Shown: positions 1 through 12,520 of the stretch, one piece after another
How positions within the stretch are numbered: the first letter of the stretch is position 1
Layout of the letters: every line of letters begins with the position of its first letter
Assembly (NCBI GenBank): GCA_013265495.1
Contig: MU059171.1
Location: 4,297,656-4,361,655 of the forward strand
DNA length: 64,000 nucleotides
Direction of reading: 5' to 3'
Source of the DNA: Vicugna vicugna
Taxonomy: Eukaryota
Program-made: the position numbers and the translations under genes
Notes under the pieces: generated by a model
What the model was told of the DNA's origin: nothing
Database searches by the model: none
The model's input: the letters and a program-made list of their open reading frames with translations, nothing else

Positions 1-1824
1 TGCACATCTACTAAATAAACCTATCTCAGAAAGTTACTGTAAGCATTCAGGGAATGAAAGTGTTTGCTCCAGTCCCTCACCCGTGGCAGGTACTCAAGAC
101 ATCGTGGATATTAATTAAAGCCTCCGCTGACTTACTACTTTTCTTTAAAATGGGACAGCACTGTTGGAGGCACAAGGTTCTACCTGTGCAGCCAAGCTTG
201 TGAAAAGAGAAAAGGAAAGAGAGAACTTGCAGGCTGGGACCCTTCCCGCCCACCAAGAACCCTCTTCTCTCCACAGCATCCCGTCCACACCAGTCGCCAC
301 CCAGAACTGCAAAAGTTTTCACTACAGTACAAACAGCAGGTATTAGGCCTAACTGTCAAGTCCAGCCCGTTTCTGGGATAAACTCAGTCCTTTCTTGTGA
401 AACCAAGGAGTTAAAGTCTTGCTTTGCAGATGGCAGCTTTTTCATAAGGCTCCCCTCCCTGCCTGGGTTAAATTTCATCAGTCACTGCCTAAGGGGAGCT
501 CCCCTCTTCTCATTTCAGTCTCTTTCCTCTATTCTTCCCAGGCTGGGCATCCAGCAATCCCCATCCACCATCCATCCATCCATCCATCTGTCCACACACT
601 CAACAGAATTCATCAGCCTCCATGCTGATGCTTAGAACACAAAGGTGTAACTGACTCCATTCGAGAGGCCTACTCAGGCCAGTGCAGGACACAGACATAT
701 ACACAGGATGAGCCTTGTACTAGGAGACGCATGTGGTCCAGTGGGGCACAGGTGCAGGCAAGGGGAGATCAGATGCCAAATCGCAGTATCTCCAGAGGAG
801 AAGACCACAGCTCCTGAGGCTCTTGTTCCTTCTGGTGCCATCATTCACTTTCATCACCGCCACTAATGCCCCCATAGTAAGCTGAGTACAGGAGTCAAGG
901 CAGCTACTGCTGGAGAAATGAGGTAAGGATGGCGGTGGGGAGGGGAGGAAGGCTGACGTCTAATCAGCACACGAGGGAACATTCCCTGATTGACACCCTA
1001 CTCGACAGTGTGGTTTATTGCCTCCCCCACCTCCTCAGCCTCTGGGGCCTATCTCGAGCACAATAAAATCATCACTGTGTTTCCTGGCAGTCCCCGGGAA
1101 GAAGTACCATGAAGAAGGAGGGGAAGTCTGAGACTTCTCCAACAGCAGAGACCTTATCTAACTTCTATTTCCATCTGGAGCACCTACCCCGGTGCCCTGC
1201 ACAGAACTGCTCCATAAAAGCTTGCCCCGCTCAACTCTAGAACCGAGGTCTAGAGCATGTGGGTGATTTAGGCCAGGTCACAAAGCGAAGTAGTGGAACT
1301 GCACTGGAAGCCAGAGCTCTGACTCACTCATTTTGCACTGAGGTGACTGTAGGATCTTTCCTGGAGGGGCCAATTTAGCGCTGGAAGAACAAGTAATTTC
1401 TTCAGACTTGGGTATTTACGTAACAAATGGGTTCTCTAGCCTCAGATCTCCCCTAAAAAGCCTCTTACCCCATTATGTAGGCCTGTGCAGATAGAATTGA
1501 GAACACTCCCATAGTGGAAACTGCATTTAATTATTAGCATTATGCACATACTCCCCTGGGGTGCCTGAGTCCAAAAATATCAAGGAAAACCCTGCAAAGC
1601 TTTCAATCTTTAGTTATCAAAGGGGGAAAAATAAACAAACTCGTTCGTGGCATCCGATAATCTACCCTTTCAGAAAGACTGCACTCTCAATCCCCCTACT
1701 TTCACCTGTTACCATACAGACCTGGGATATGGGTTTTAAAAAACACATCATTTTTGATCCAGGTTAAAAAAGCAAAGCACGTGAAGGAAAACAAATGGAG
1801 ATTACAGAACTTTCCAAGTTGCAA

Positions 1825-2040
1825 GCAGCATATTAACATGGGAAGAGCTGAGGATTAAGAGGGCTTGGGTTCAAATTCCAATGCCCTAATCACGTTAAGA
1901 CCACAGTCCAGCCTCTTAACCTCTCTAAGCCACTTATTTCATTTGTTAAATGGAAATTAATAATAATTCTTCTTACCAGAGTTGCTGGACTAAGAGAGAT
2001 AACACCTGAAAAAGCACTTATAAACTGTAAAGCACTGGAG
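1825..2040 (+). mobile_element. MIR SINE (degenerate)
   Basis: gggttcaaattcc...cttaacctctctaagcc...tttgttaaatggaaattaataata resembles the MIR core. Confidence 0.6.
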
Positions 2041-2274
2041 TAGTTTTTTTTTTTTGTAGGTGTTAAAATGCACACACACACACACCCGCACACACCCACC
2101 ACACCTGTTGCCAATCTTAGAAACACAACCATAAAAAGGAGCCAGAATGACTTATGGGGAGAAAAGCCATAGAACTAGACATCCGATTGGGAACAACAGA
2201 CATTCAGTCACCGGGATAATTGCTGGAGGTCCAGAAATATGAAAAAGTAATTGTGAAGAGTCTTGTTAAAAATA

Positions 2275-2445
2275 ATGGCCATGAACTAGATGTGTGATTC
2301 TTAACGGGTGCCTTAAACCACTCTGTGCCTAGATTCCTTATCTGTGAATGGAGGATAATGACAGTGTCCACGTCACAGGGCTGTTATGAAATTTAAATGA
2401 CTTAGTTCGTATTTGTTAAGCGCTTAGATCAATGCCTGGCACATT
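2275..2445 (+). mobile_element. MIR SINE
   Basis: ttccttatctgtgaatggaggataatg...aagcgcttagatcaatgcctggcacat matches MIR core and 3' end. Confidence 0.75.
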
Positions 2446-3568
2446 TCTAATCTGATAGCTAGGTACATAGGCAGGCAGGTAAATAAATAAGCAAACAAAC
2501 AGAAGATAAATTTATGCTCCTCTCTTTTCCATGACACTTATTCATTCAGATTTTAACTCCTACAGCTGAGGGAGCCCTTGGACGACACCTCACACTTCAC
2601 CTGAGTGGGGGAACAGATAGTAAATACTCCAATTTTTCTGCTTTAACCTGGTACCAGCAAGCAGAATACCAGATGTTTCTTTTTTACTGAGTGGGGCGGT
2701 GACGGGGGGAGGAGAGAAAAAAATCAAACCAATTCACAGACTGAGGCTAGATCACCACTATCCGTGCTCACCTCCTAAGTGGGACAGCACTGCCTCGAGA
2801 CAGCTGACACTAGTCACCACCTCCACGGACCGTCCTGCGCCTTCCACAGAGACAGAGCGCTCAAGGCTTTTCAATATTTGTACCAAAGAAAGAGAAACCA
2901 GTGTTGATTTGGTGCCAAACTCAACTGTAAACACAAGGTGTTTTTGAATCGGTAATTACAGATGACAACGTCGTACTTCAGGCACACACACCGTAAGGCA
3001 TTCTTGGTTTACACACTTAAATAAATATACCCATCACAGGTTCCGATTCTCTTCACGTTTATTTGGCCTTAAAGGCACCAAGCTCCTACTACGTGCAGGG
3101 CAGTGCCTTGCAGTAGGCGGGGGAAGGCCAGGTATAAAACCCTAGACCCTGAAGACAAAACTTCCAATAACAACTTTTCCTTATACCCCAAGGTAATACA
3201 AGAGTTTCTCCATAAATGACAAAACTCAGTGAGACAAACCATTCTGGAAGGTTTTTTTCCTCAATTTAATTCAACAGACACAGAGGACCTGCTGTGTGCT
3301 ATCTCCATAGCGCCTTTCATGCTCCCCCAAGGTCCCAGTCTCGATAAACAGGTTGCCACCCTTCAGTTAACATCTGTAAGAGGTAAAGTCAGAAATGAAA
3401 CGCAGTGTGATCTTCCCGGCTCAGACATCCTGTCCTCCCTGAAATACATTTCCCCGCCGGTTACTGGGCTTTTGTGGAAGTAAAAAGAGGACCCTGTACA
3501 GACAGAATTCTCAGCCTTAGTACTGAAGAGTGTCCACGTCCTTTCAGAAATGAGCACCTCCAGGCCCC

Positions 3569-3753
3569 CAGTGGTTCTGGATTTCCACGGTGAAGCAGAG
3601 TGGCCCGCACAGCTTTTTAAAAACACAATGCTGGCCACCTCATCAGAGATCTGATTCAGCTGGCTCGGGGCAAGGCTGCTGTTACTGTTTTCCTCTGTTT
3701 GTTTCGAAGTTTCTCAAGTAATTCCAATACACAGTCAGGGTGGAGAAGCAATG
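3569..3753. mobile_element. MER5-family hAT-Charlie MITE
   Basis: CAGTGGTTCT... start, aaaaacacaatgctgg...ctgattcag internal motif, gagaagcaatg end. Confidence 0.7.
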
Positions 3754-4028
3754 CACTCCCCGAGTCAAGCGTTTCACTAACCTGCATTTCCACCAGCTCC
3801 CGCGTGATGGGATGCCCTGGTGCGTGGATCCCAGCTGGAGGAGCGAAGCTATAGCGCCCAGGCCTCCATGGTTTTTAACTAGCTCTCTAATAAACCAAAG
3901 TTTAGTGGAGAGAAAATTAACTGCCTTTGGGGTCAGGCTGACCAGGGTTACAATTCTGGCCCCAACACTTCATAATTGCAACTGTGGCTGAATCCTTTTT
4001 AAGCCTGCCTCCTTAAATACCACATGAA

Positions 4029-4495
4029 TGTTATGGACTAAACTGTGCACCACCCATCCCACCCCACCGCAAAAAGACATGTTGAAGTCCTAACCCTTTG
4101 TACCTCAAAATGTGACCTTATTTGGAACGAGAATCCTTACAGATGTAATTAATTAGGTCAGTCGATAATATCCTGGAGGAAGGTGAGCTCTTAGGCAATA
4201 CGACGGGTGTACTCATAAGAAGGTAGTGCAAAGACACACAGGGACCAAACATCACAGGACAACAGACACAAAGACTGGAGACATGCAGTTGCAAGACAAG
4301 AAAAGCCAAGGCTGATGGCCACACCAGAAACTTAGAGGAAGGCCTGGAATATTCTCCCCTGGAGTGGAGAGAGCTTGGCCATACTGACACCTTCATTTCA
4401 CACTTTTAGCCCCCACACTGGGAGAGACAGATTTCTGTGGTTTTCAGCCACCCTTCTGTAGTCTTTTGCTACAGCAGCCCAAGCAAACTGATACA
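4029..4495 (+). mobile_element. MLT1B/C-like MaLR solo LTR
   Basis: Begins TGTTATGGACTAAACTGTG, contains gttgaagtcctaaccc...atgtgaccttatttgga, ends gcagcccaagcaaactgataca; about 470 nt. Confidence 0.9.
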
Positions 4496-5229
4496 CTGCA
4501 GCACTGGCACCCCCTCTCTGGGCTGCTGCAAGAAGGAACAGGCTGTAAGGCGTGGTGCTGGCCCTGCTGACCAGCACGGGACAGATTTCCTTCCGCTGTC
4601 AGAAGCACCAGGGAACAGCAGCAGGAGATAACTGTCCCCTCTCAGAGACGTGTTCCGGCACCTGGCTTCTCGGAGGGTGTTCAAGGCGGCAGCCACAGCT
4701 GCGGGGCTGTTATGTGTCTGCACACCTGCTCAGACGCTCCCTGTGGGTTGCAGGAGCAGCTCTGCTCTGTTGAGTGTGAACAATTACAGGCCCGGCTGGG
4801 TCCCGGAGGCCCACTCTGGCCCAGCAGGTTCAAGCAGGCAGCCCGCAGCGCTGAGCACAGGGGGAACCCCAAAGTTCGGGGGCCTTCCCAGAGAGGAACA
4901 ACCAGAGCCTCACATAGGCCCCGGCCCTCATCCAGAGAGGGGCTGTCACGAGTCCCAAAGGGGGGACTCCAGGTGCCAAATTTATACAGGACACTCCCAA
5001 AGCAGTGTACCCCGATCACCCCAAAGTCATCCACACCATTTTTTAATACTTTTATATGTGAACACAAAAGTAACACACAGAGACTGCTTTAAAGTCAATT
5101 CTCACTCTTCAGAGTGCCCTAGCTCCTATATGAGCTGCTGCCCCCAGCCTCATTCACTCGGTCATCAGAGAATCACACAGTGATTACCGCACACATGACA
5201 GTACAGAGATGGATGAGGCCTGGAGGGAA

Positions 5230-5410
5230 GAATAATCGCCAAGCATTTACTGGGTGCTAAGGCCATGCCAAGTGGATTACATATGTTATTCATTTTACCA
5301 ATAGAGCAAGCCCAGGAAATTAAGTGACATTATATCTACAACTCAGGGTCACACAGCTAATTAGTAGAAGAGGTAGGATTTGAATTGCTGGTTCCAAGCC
5401 CTTCTCACTG
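5230..5410 (-). mobile_element. MIR SINE
   Basis: aagcatttactgggtgct...ggtcacacagctaattagtagaagaggtaggatttgaa. Confidence 0.65.
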
Positions 5411-5924
5411 TCCCACAACGGTTTCCTGACAGACCTGGCCAAGCAAACAAAATTTAAGATGGGTTAGGATAGACCAAACCTCATGGTCATTTCACTCCAG
5501 GGTCCTAAGAATGAAATGTCTGCTTCCATTATCCCCTGTAGTGATCCAAAACCAATTCTTCAAAGCAGAGCACTGCAGATATACCTGGGATACCCTCAAG
5601 AAACGCCCCATGCCCTGACTTTCCAGGTGAGGAAGGGCTTCTGAAGAGCCGCAATGACTTCACAGTGAGAACGTGACCGCTAGATGTTAGGCGCTCAGCA
5701 CGATTCTCCCCAGCCTGCTGCACTGCAGACAATCCCTGACCTTGAACAAGAAGGAAAAATCATCGGGAAAAGTCTTTTTGGTTTGTGTTCCACATCCTGC
5801 ATGCCTTTTTTCTAACAAAGTCTTACATCATTATGTCAGTGGGTATCTAAAAATGCTTTTTGAAAAAAAAGAGTGAAATGCCAAACTCAGTATCTGCTAC
5901 ATACGTGTTTTCACCATCCTACAA

Positions 5925-6540
5925 ATGATAAGACAACACCCTATGGGAAAAATTGAGGAAAATGTTAAATAGTTAATTTATGAAAGAAAAATAAATACAT
6001 AATAAACATATACAATAATTTGAGCTCACCTGTAACCACAGAATTAACAATGAGATATTTTCTATCTATCAAAATAGTAAAGACATTTTAAAAATTAAAC
6101 ATCCAGCCTTGATTATGGACTGGGGAAATGAGCATTCTCATCACATTTTTAGTGGGGTGGACATAGGTATTTGGCAATATTATCATAGCTCTTAAAGAAA
6201 ATAATCTACCCTTCAACCATGCCATTCCACTTCTTGAAACTGTCTTAAAGAAATAATCAGGTATAATACCCAAGAGCATTCACTGCAGTCACTTGTGGAA
6301 GGGGAAAACTGATTTATTTGCTCCAAGAAAAGGCAACTGGTTTTATGATTATAATTCTAGGTAATTTTAAAAAATAACTTTATAGCTATTGCAAAAATCT
6401 AAATTATGATCCCAATGTTCAGTTATGTAAACGAAAATGCTTTTAGGCATAGAAAAAATCTAACTAAATATACAACAAAGTATTAACTGATTAACTTCCA
6501 AATAACAGGAATTTGATTTTCATTCCTTTGTATTGTTCAA
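5925..6540 (+). mobile_element. Old L1 (L1ME/L1MC-like) 3' fragment
   Basis: tttggcaata...cccttcaaccatgccattccacttct...aaagaaataatcag...cattcactgcag resembles the L1 ORF2 end and 3'UTR. Confidence 0.65.
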
Positions 6541-8324
6541 TTATCTCTAATATTATTACCAGAGGGAAAAGAATAAATATGAGTATGTACTTTAAATCTA
6601 CATACTATTCCCAATTCTAACTTTCACTGCAAGATCATTAGTTTTAGGTAAGATAATGGAACTAACATTTCTGCATTTATGATGTTCCTTGCATTATACT
6701 AGGTTTACATATGTCTCATCTAACGGTTCCATGTAACCGCTCCTCTTTAAAGATAAAGTCAGGCTGGGGAACTTGCCCAGCATTGCTCAGCTCTAAGCTA
6801 AGCTACACATATATCCAGGGCCTGATGTTCTAAAATGAGGACACTGTTCTAACAGAGTGATGCAGTGGGCGTCCTGACAACCAGCCCACACTTCCATTTC
6901 AGGGACCACCACAAGGACAGCACTATAAACAAGCCTACGTCAAAGAAGGCAAACTAAAGAAAAAAAGCAACAAGTTTTCAGATTTGCCTCAATATTTACA
7001 TCTAGGCCAAAACTTTCTTCATAGTACTATATAGTACATTGAGAAGTACATTGAAATATCTTTCCCCTTACTTTCCTGTTTTGGTGATCCTCGTAATATC
7101 CTTAGAACGCCCTCCCTCAAACATTTGAGGGGTCAGTGACCAGTTACTGGGGAGGAAATGCCCCAGAGCAGAGAGGCACTATTTACCCATCAAACAAAGC
7201 TCGATGGAAATCTCCTTCAAAACACTCACTCACTTTTGTCCTCCTTCTGTACTCAGCAAACCACATTCTAATCGGTGAGATGGTCTCAGTGTCCCCATGC
7301 ACATGGGGGAGTGCCCTGGGCACTGGCCCAGCGCCCATCACCCTGCAGCCTGATCTCCCACCAAAGGCACTTCTAAGTTTCAGGAAACATCAGAGTCCAT
7401 GTCTAGCTCATTTGTTCCTTTGGTATTCTTATTATTCCTGTATCTTCAGGTTTCTGTAATTACATGGTGTGGTTCGTGCCCAAGTTTTAGTTTACTTGCT
7501 TTGCATATAATAAACATTTCACCTATGTTCTCCAAATAAATAAGGCTGCTTGCCTTGTGCTTTTTATTGTCTCCCTACAGTCAAATAGCTTTATTCTGCC
7601 TATTATTAGGGAAGCATTTTCTCCCATTCCATTATAAGTTTATTAAAGAAAGAACAGATCTCAAAGGCAAGAAAAGAATTACTTAAAGAATTGGCTTAAA
7701 TTGATCCCAAGCCTCAATCAAGAGGCCCTCTCCTTGAGGCTGATACTCACTGAATCCTAAACTTTGTAGACATATCTAAGATGCTCCACTCCCACGTCCA
7801 CCCGGCTGTAATCCATCACTGGTTGGAGCCAGGAAAAAGCCTGCTGATCAGGTATCTCAGTCACAAGAAACCTCTACAAGGAGGACCTGCCTGCTCCTGA
7901 AACTGACAAGGCCCTTATCAGTACCTTCCAGAGATATCCCATTACTGCCAGAATCTTCTATCAGACTAGGAATTCATCTTCAAAGTGTTGAGAGCAACTT
8001 ACATCATAACAGGAAGGGGGTCGTCCCACGCTGATTGGAAGGAATGTGGGAGACCAAAGTCTGGGAGATACCAGATATCTTCAGTTGATAAGCGTTTCTA
8101 CAGAAGCCCTAAAAGACTCTCTAAATTAGCGTTCTTAAACACAGACCAAACTTAGGCAGTTCTCTGAAAGTTGTAAACGATGAGAGCAGAAGCTAGCTTT
8201 TTCCTAGGCATGAGCCACACATGACAGACCCAACAGGAGAGCAGCTATCTCGGGAAAATCTTCTCTACATGATGTCCCAACACCCAGGCCATAACAGAAA
8301 CCACAGCATTCATACATAGTCTGT

Positions 8325-8690
8325 GAGAATAATGCTGCCATGAATAGTTGCATAGAAGTCTCTGTGTGGACATACGTTTTCATTTCTCTTGGGTAGACAC
8401 CTAGAAATGGATTACTCTATGTTTAACATTTGGAGGAACCGCCAGACTGTTTTCCAAAGAGACTGAATCATTTTACATTCCTACTGACAGTGTATGAGGG
8501 TTCCAGTGGTCCCTCACCCTCACCGACATCTATTGAGTGTCTGTCATTTCAACTGCAGGCATCCTAGCAGGTGTGAAGGGGTATCTCGTGGTGGCTTTAA
8601 TCTGCATTTCCCTAATGGCTAATGATGCTGAGCGTCTTTTCATGTGTTTTTTGGTCATTTATCTACCATCTCTGAAGAGACATCTATTAT
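8325..8690 (-). mobile_element. L1MB-like LINE-1 fragment
   Basis: aataatgctgccatgaat...gccagactgttttccaaag...tgtatgagggttcc...tttccctaatggctaatgatgctgagc, typical antisense L1 ORF2 end. Confidence 0.9.
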
Positions 8691-10876
8691 GATCCACTGG
8701 CAACGTCAGTAAAAGTTCGAATCGGTAAATGAGGACATACAAATGGCTTTCTTTTTACATCCTGAGTGTCTGAGTATTAGGGATATGGGAGGAACAGAAC
8801 CTGGGGAAATTCCCCTTTGCCAGTTTAAGAGAATTGTAAAACTGTCTCTCAGCACAACTCAGGTAAGTGGGCACCATCATCTCCATTTGTCAAACTTAAG
8901 CTGTGTACTGAGCACCTACCATGACCAAGGGACATGGAGATGACGACCTGTGAATAACCCTGGAAAAGCGCATTGCCTATTAACAGAGGAAACAAATCCC
9001 AAGAGGTAAACTCGACTTGCCCGAGGTCACTTAACCTGGGTGGCAGAGCCCACATCTTGATGGCAGAGCCCACATCTTCTTGATGTCCGAGCCTGAGTGT
9101 CAGTCCCCTTAGGCTAGAAGGCAAAACTCCAGGCCCTAGCTGTGCTGCAGAGAAGGTCTACTGAAGGAGGGGCGGGAACTTTGGGGCAGCGCTGAACCCC
9201 AGGCTCAGCAGCTGCCTCTGAAGGATAGGACTGGCACTGGGGGCTGCAGTGCTGGCCTTCCCTGCACCCAGCTGCCAGGCTGGGTCCCCGCAGGAGAATG
9301 AGCTGAAACCTGTAGCATGCACACTGCCTCAGCTTAGGCTGGGGGCTGTCGTCGGTGATGACAGATTTAAACAGCAGAGCAGAGGCTCGCACAGCCTTGG
9401 TCCAGCACAGACAGCAAAGCAGCAGGACGCTGCAGCCCCCTACAGGGGTGCGTCTGCTCCTCTGAGCCCGCTGGGCAGGGGCGGTGTCTGTGCACCAGCT
9501 GAGACCCAGGCGGGCCCAACTCACGGCAATGCCTCCCTGGCCCAGCTGAGCCTGGCTGCACACCCCACCGGGCTCCGGACTCCGGCCTCCAGACACCTCG
9601 TCCTCCTCTCACTCCCCGTCCCCGTTGCAGAAGAGCAGGCCAGGCACCTCTCAGCTCGTGCGGCTGTTGAAGCTAATTATCAACCTGGCTGAACATCCAT
9701 CTGGAGGGCGATGTCAAATGCAACCGCACATTTACCAGGACCCTGGTTCCCACCTCCCACCTATTCCTGAGCCAAACTCTCCCGTCTGCACACTCTGTCT
9801 CAAGGCATTCAAAAGATGTTAGCTGCACGCCCAGAACTTGAGGTTGGGTGGCCATGGAAATCATTAAATAATATAAATTGTATAGTTTCTATCAGGAAAT
9901 GATGAAAGCAGTGCCAATAGGAGCGACATGGGCCACCACACACTGACAGCTTGCCGTGGGCCTAAGGACCGGTGGGAGGCGCCTCATGTAACTGGCACAG
10001 CTACTTCAATTATCTCCATTTTAATTTACACAGGAAACTAAAACTTTGAGAAACCAAGGTCAACCAGCTAGAGGTAGTGATGCTACATCTTGTAACTCTA
10101 AAGTGAATGCACTTCTAGCTTGTAATTCCAAAGTGAGGTGGCAAAAACCTCCGTGCATCTTGGTTGGGGTCTCAATTACATTAAAGTTTACAGTGAATTT
10201 TTGTCCCTGTTAAAATTACTAGGATAGGCTGAATCTAAAATACTTACTTCTTTAATTACACATTGTAATGCCTGTGTTTCAGTACACACTTCAGTTTATT
10301 CAAGCTTTTTTTTACAGCGCTCACCTGGGAAATTCTGTATTCTTAGTGCCCAGCACATAAACTGCCATAGGACAGTCCCCCTCCCAAAAATCTGTGTAGT
10401 TCTTACTTTAAATATTGACTCAGTCTTAATATATTCTTCACAACTCTGGCGAAATAGGCCATTTTTACATTTGGAAGGCCTGCATTATATATTTTTTTAA
10501 TTGTTTCATTTCTGCATTTTCTCAAATACATTTTATAGAAAAATGTGAAAAATATTTATTAATACTATTACTTATCAAAGCTAATTTACCAGTATGCCAC
10601 TTCTGAGCCAACAGGCTCACCAAAGGTATTTAGAAATATTTGTCACTCTCTTTAAAACTGTAATTCTCATCATCAAATTTGTCTGACATTTAAAATAATC
10701 CTGTATACCAAAAAGCCAAGCTTTCATAGCCTCAGTTTGTTTCTCCCAAGAATTATTTTATAGAATAAAATACACATAATCCTTAATTTTTACATCTTTT
10801 AATTGGAAATGGGAAATGTTTTTTTCTTTTTAATTAGACAACTTCAGCCAGGTAAAGCAGAGAAAGTTCTACACCA

Positions 10877-11350
10877 CAGATCTTNNNNNNNNNNNNNNNN
10901 NNNNNNNNNNNNNNNNNNNNNNNNNNNNNNNNNNNNNNNNNNNNNNNNNNNNNNNNNNNNNNNNNNNNNNNNNNNNNNNNNNNNNNNNNNNNNNNNNNNN
11001 NNNNNNNNNNNNNNNNNNNNNNNNNTTAGCCTACGGTGGGCAAAACTATTTAATACAAAGCCTCCTTTGTAGCAGTGTTGAGCATCTCCTGTAACTGATT
11101 GAACACCGCACTGTCAGAGAAAACCAGAATGGCTGTACGGGCACAGGGCGGTTGTGAGCATGTGGGTGGTTCACTCTCGCGGTCAAGCGGCCGACGGAGC
11201 TGCGGCTGCTGTGCTGCCCAGCATGAGAGCACCGTACCGCCCATCACCAGCCCAGGAAAACAGCAGAATTCAACATCTGAAGGGTGGTTTCTACTGAATG
11301 CATCTATCACTTTCACACTATAAAGTTCAAAAATTGTAAGTCAGACCGTG
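10877..11350. mobile_element. Tigger3 (MER7/Golem)-like TcMar DNA transposon derivative, partly hidden by N-run
   Basis: ttagcctacggtgggcaaaa...aaaaccagaatggctgta...ggagctgcggct...gcccagcat...tttctactgaatgc...aaaaattgtaagtc matches the recalled Tigger3 consensus. Confidence 0.8.
10885..11025. other. N-run, 141 nt
   Basis: Directly visible; falls inside the Tigger3-like element. Confidence 0.99.
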
Positions 11351-12199
11351 TGACTCTTCTCTCTCCTTTTCAAAAACTGGAAACGAAAAACACGCTTTCA
11401 AGCCCTTCAGCTCTCAAACAACTTAAATTTAAATTAATTAGTACAAAGAAAAACAACTTCCTCCTACACCAACAAAAAACTGATATATTTTCACTAAATT
11501 ATCATTTTGAAACTGAAAACTCCAGACGTGTATGTGATATCCAGCCAGTCATTACCCTTTCTTTCAAGTTTAATAGGAAACATTAAGGACTTGTCCCTCA
11601 AACCAGATATATCACACAGTGGTTGGCTAAAAAGGGGACAGATAATGACAACATACGCCTCCCTTCTTCACTAGGAATATTCCATTCAAATGGGGAAGAA
11701 AGTAAAGTTAGGAGAACAGAAGTCCAAGAGCCTATAAATGCTGCCGCATCCAGGGGGCAACATTCCTTTATTCCAAGACAAGCTTGCATCTCAAGGCCCA
11801 CAGCTAACTCCCTGAGCACGGGGTGGGGGTCCAGGACCCCGCCTGGCTTTTGGTCTTTTCTCCACCAGCAGCCAGGGACTCTTTTTAAACCTGATCAGAT
11901 CACACCCAGACCCTGGCCCCACACCCTCTAATCCCTACCACCCCCGCAGCGAAAGCCAAAACCTTCACAGAGGCCTCTGGTGCTCCACAGACCCTGCACC
12001 CGTGACCCTGTGGGCTCAGCTCCTCCACCTTTCCCCGCTGCTGGCCACTCCAGCCAGACTGGCCCTCGGGCTCCTCAAACACATGAGGCACAAGGGCTTT
12101 GCCGTGCTGTGTGCCCTCCTCTGCCAAGAATGCTCTTGCCCAAACGTCTGCTTGGTCTGTACCCTCCAGCCCTCATCTCCTTCAGATGCAACCCTCCAA

Positions 12200-12372
12200 G
12201 CCCCTTTCCTCGTTATCACTTTCACCATCTAACTAGCTCATCTTTCTCACTCTTAGCCCCACTAGACGTAAGGTCCACGAGGTCAGGAACTCCCATTGCA
12301 CCTGCTCACTGCCATGTCCACAGTGCCTAAAGCAGGACACCGCTGGCACTCCATAGATACCTGTCGCATGAA
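12200..12372 (+). mobile_element. L2 LINE 3' end
   Basis: cccactagacgtaaggtccacgaggtcagg...tgctcactgccatgtccacagtgcct. Confidence 0.55.
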
Positions 12373-12437
12373 GGCAGCCCTGTGAATGGGTTCACCACGC
12401 TCCAGAGGAAAGCAGCATCTGGCCAGGCTCTACGAAC

Positions 12438-12520
12438 CAGGGCTGCCACATAAAATACAACCACAGCATGGGATAAACATGCACAAAACATTATTCTTTG
12501 TTTATCTGCAATTCCATTTT
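12438..12520. mobile_element. MER53 hAT fragment, internally deleted
   Basis: gggctgccacataaaatac joined to tgggata...aaaacattattctttgtttatctgcaattc. Confidence 0.6.

Noticed and set aside
4437-5183. Stack of overlapping ORFs in a GC-rich patch
   Set aside because: GC-rich sequence has few stops; no motif or exon boundaries support coding.
7751-7843. Possible minus-strand exon ending at GTGAGT
   Set aside because: Weak donor context (TCA|GT), poor acceptor, and stops in all three frames.
9114-9864. Overlapping ORFs and raised CpG content
   Set aside because: No protein similarity, and too few CpGs by eye for a CpG-island promoter.
12438-12520. MER53 as a miR-1302-type hairpin
   Set aside because: One arm is deleted and the would-be mature sequence is too diverged.
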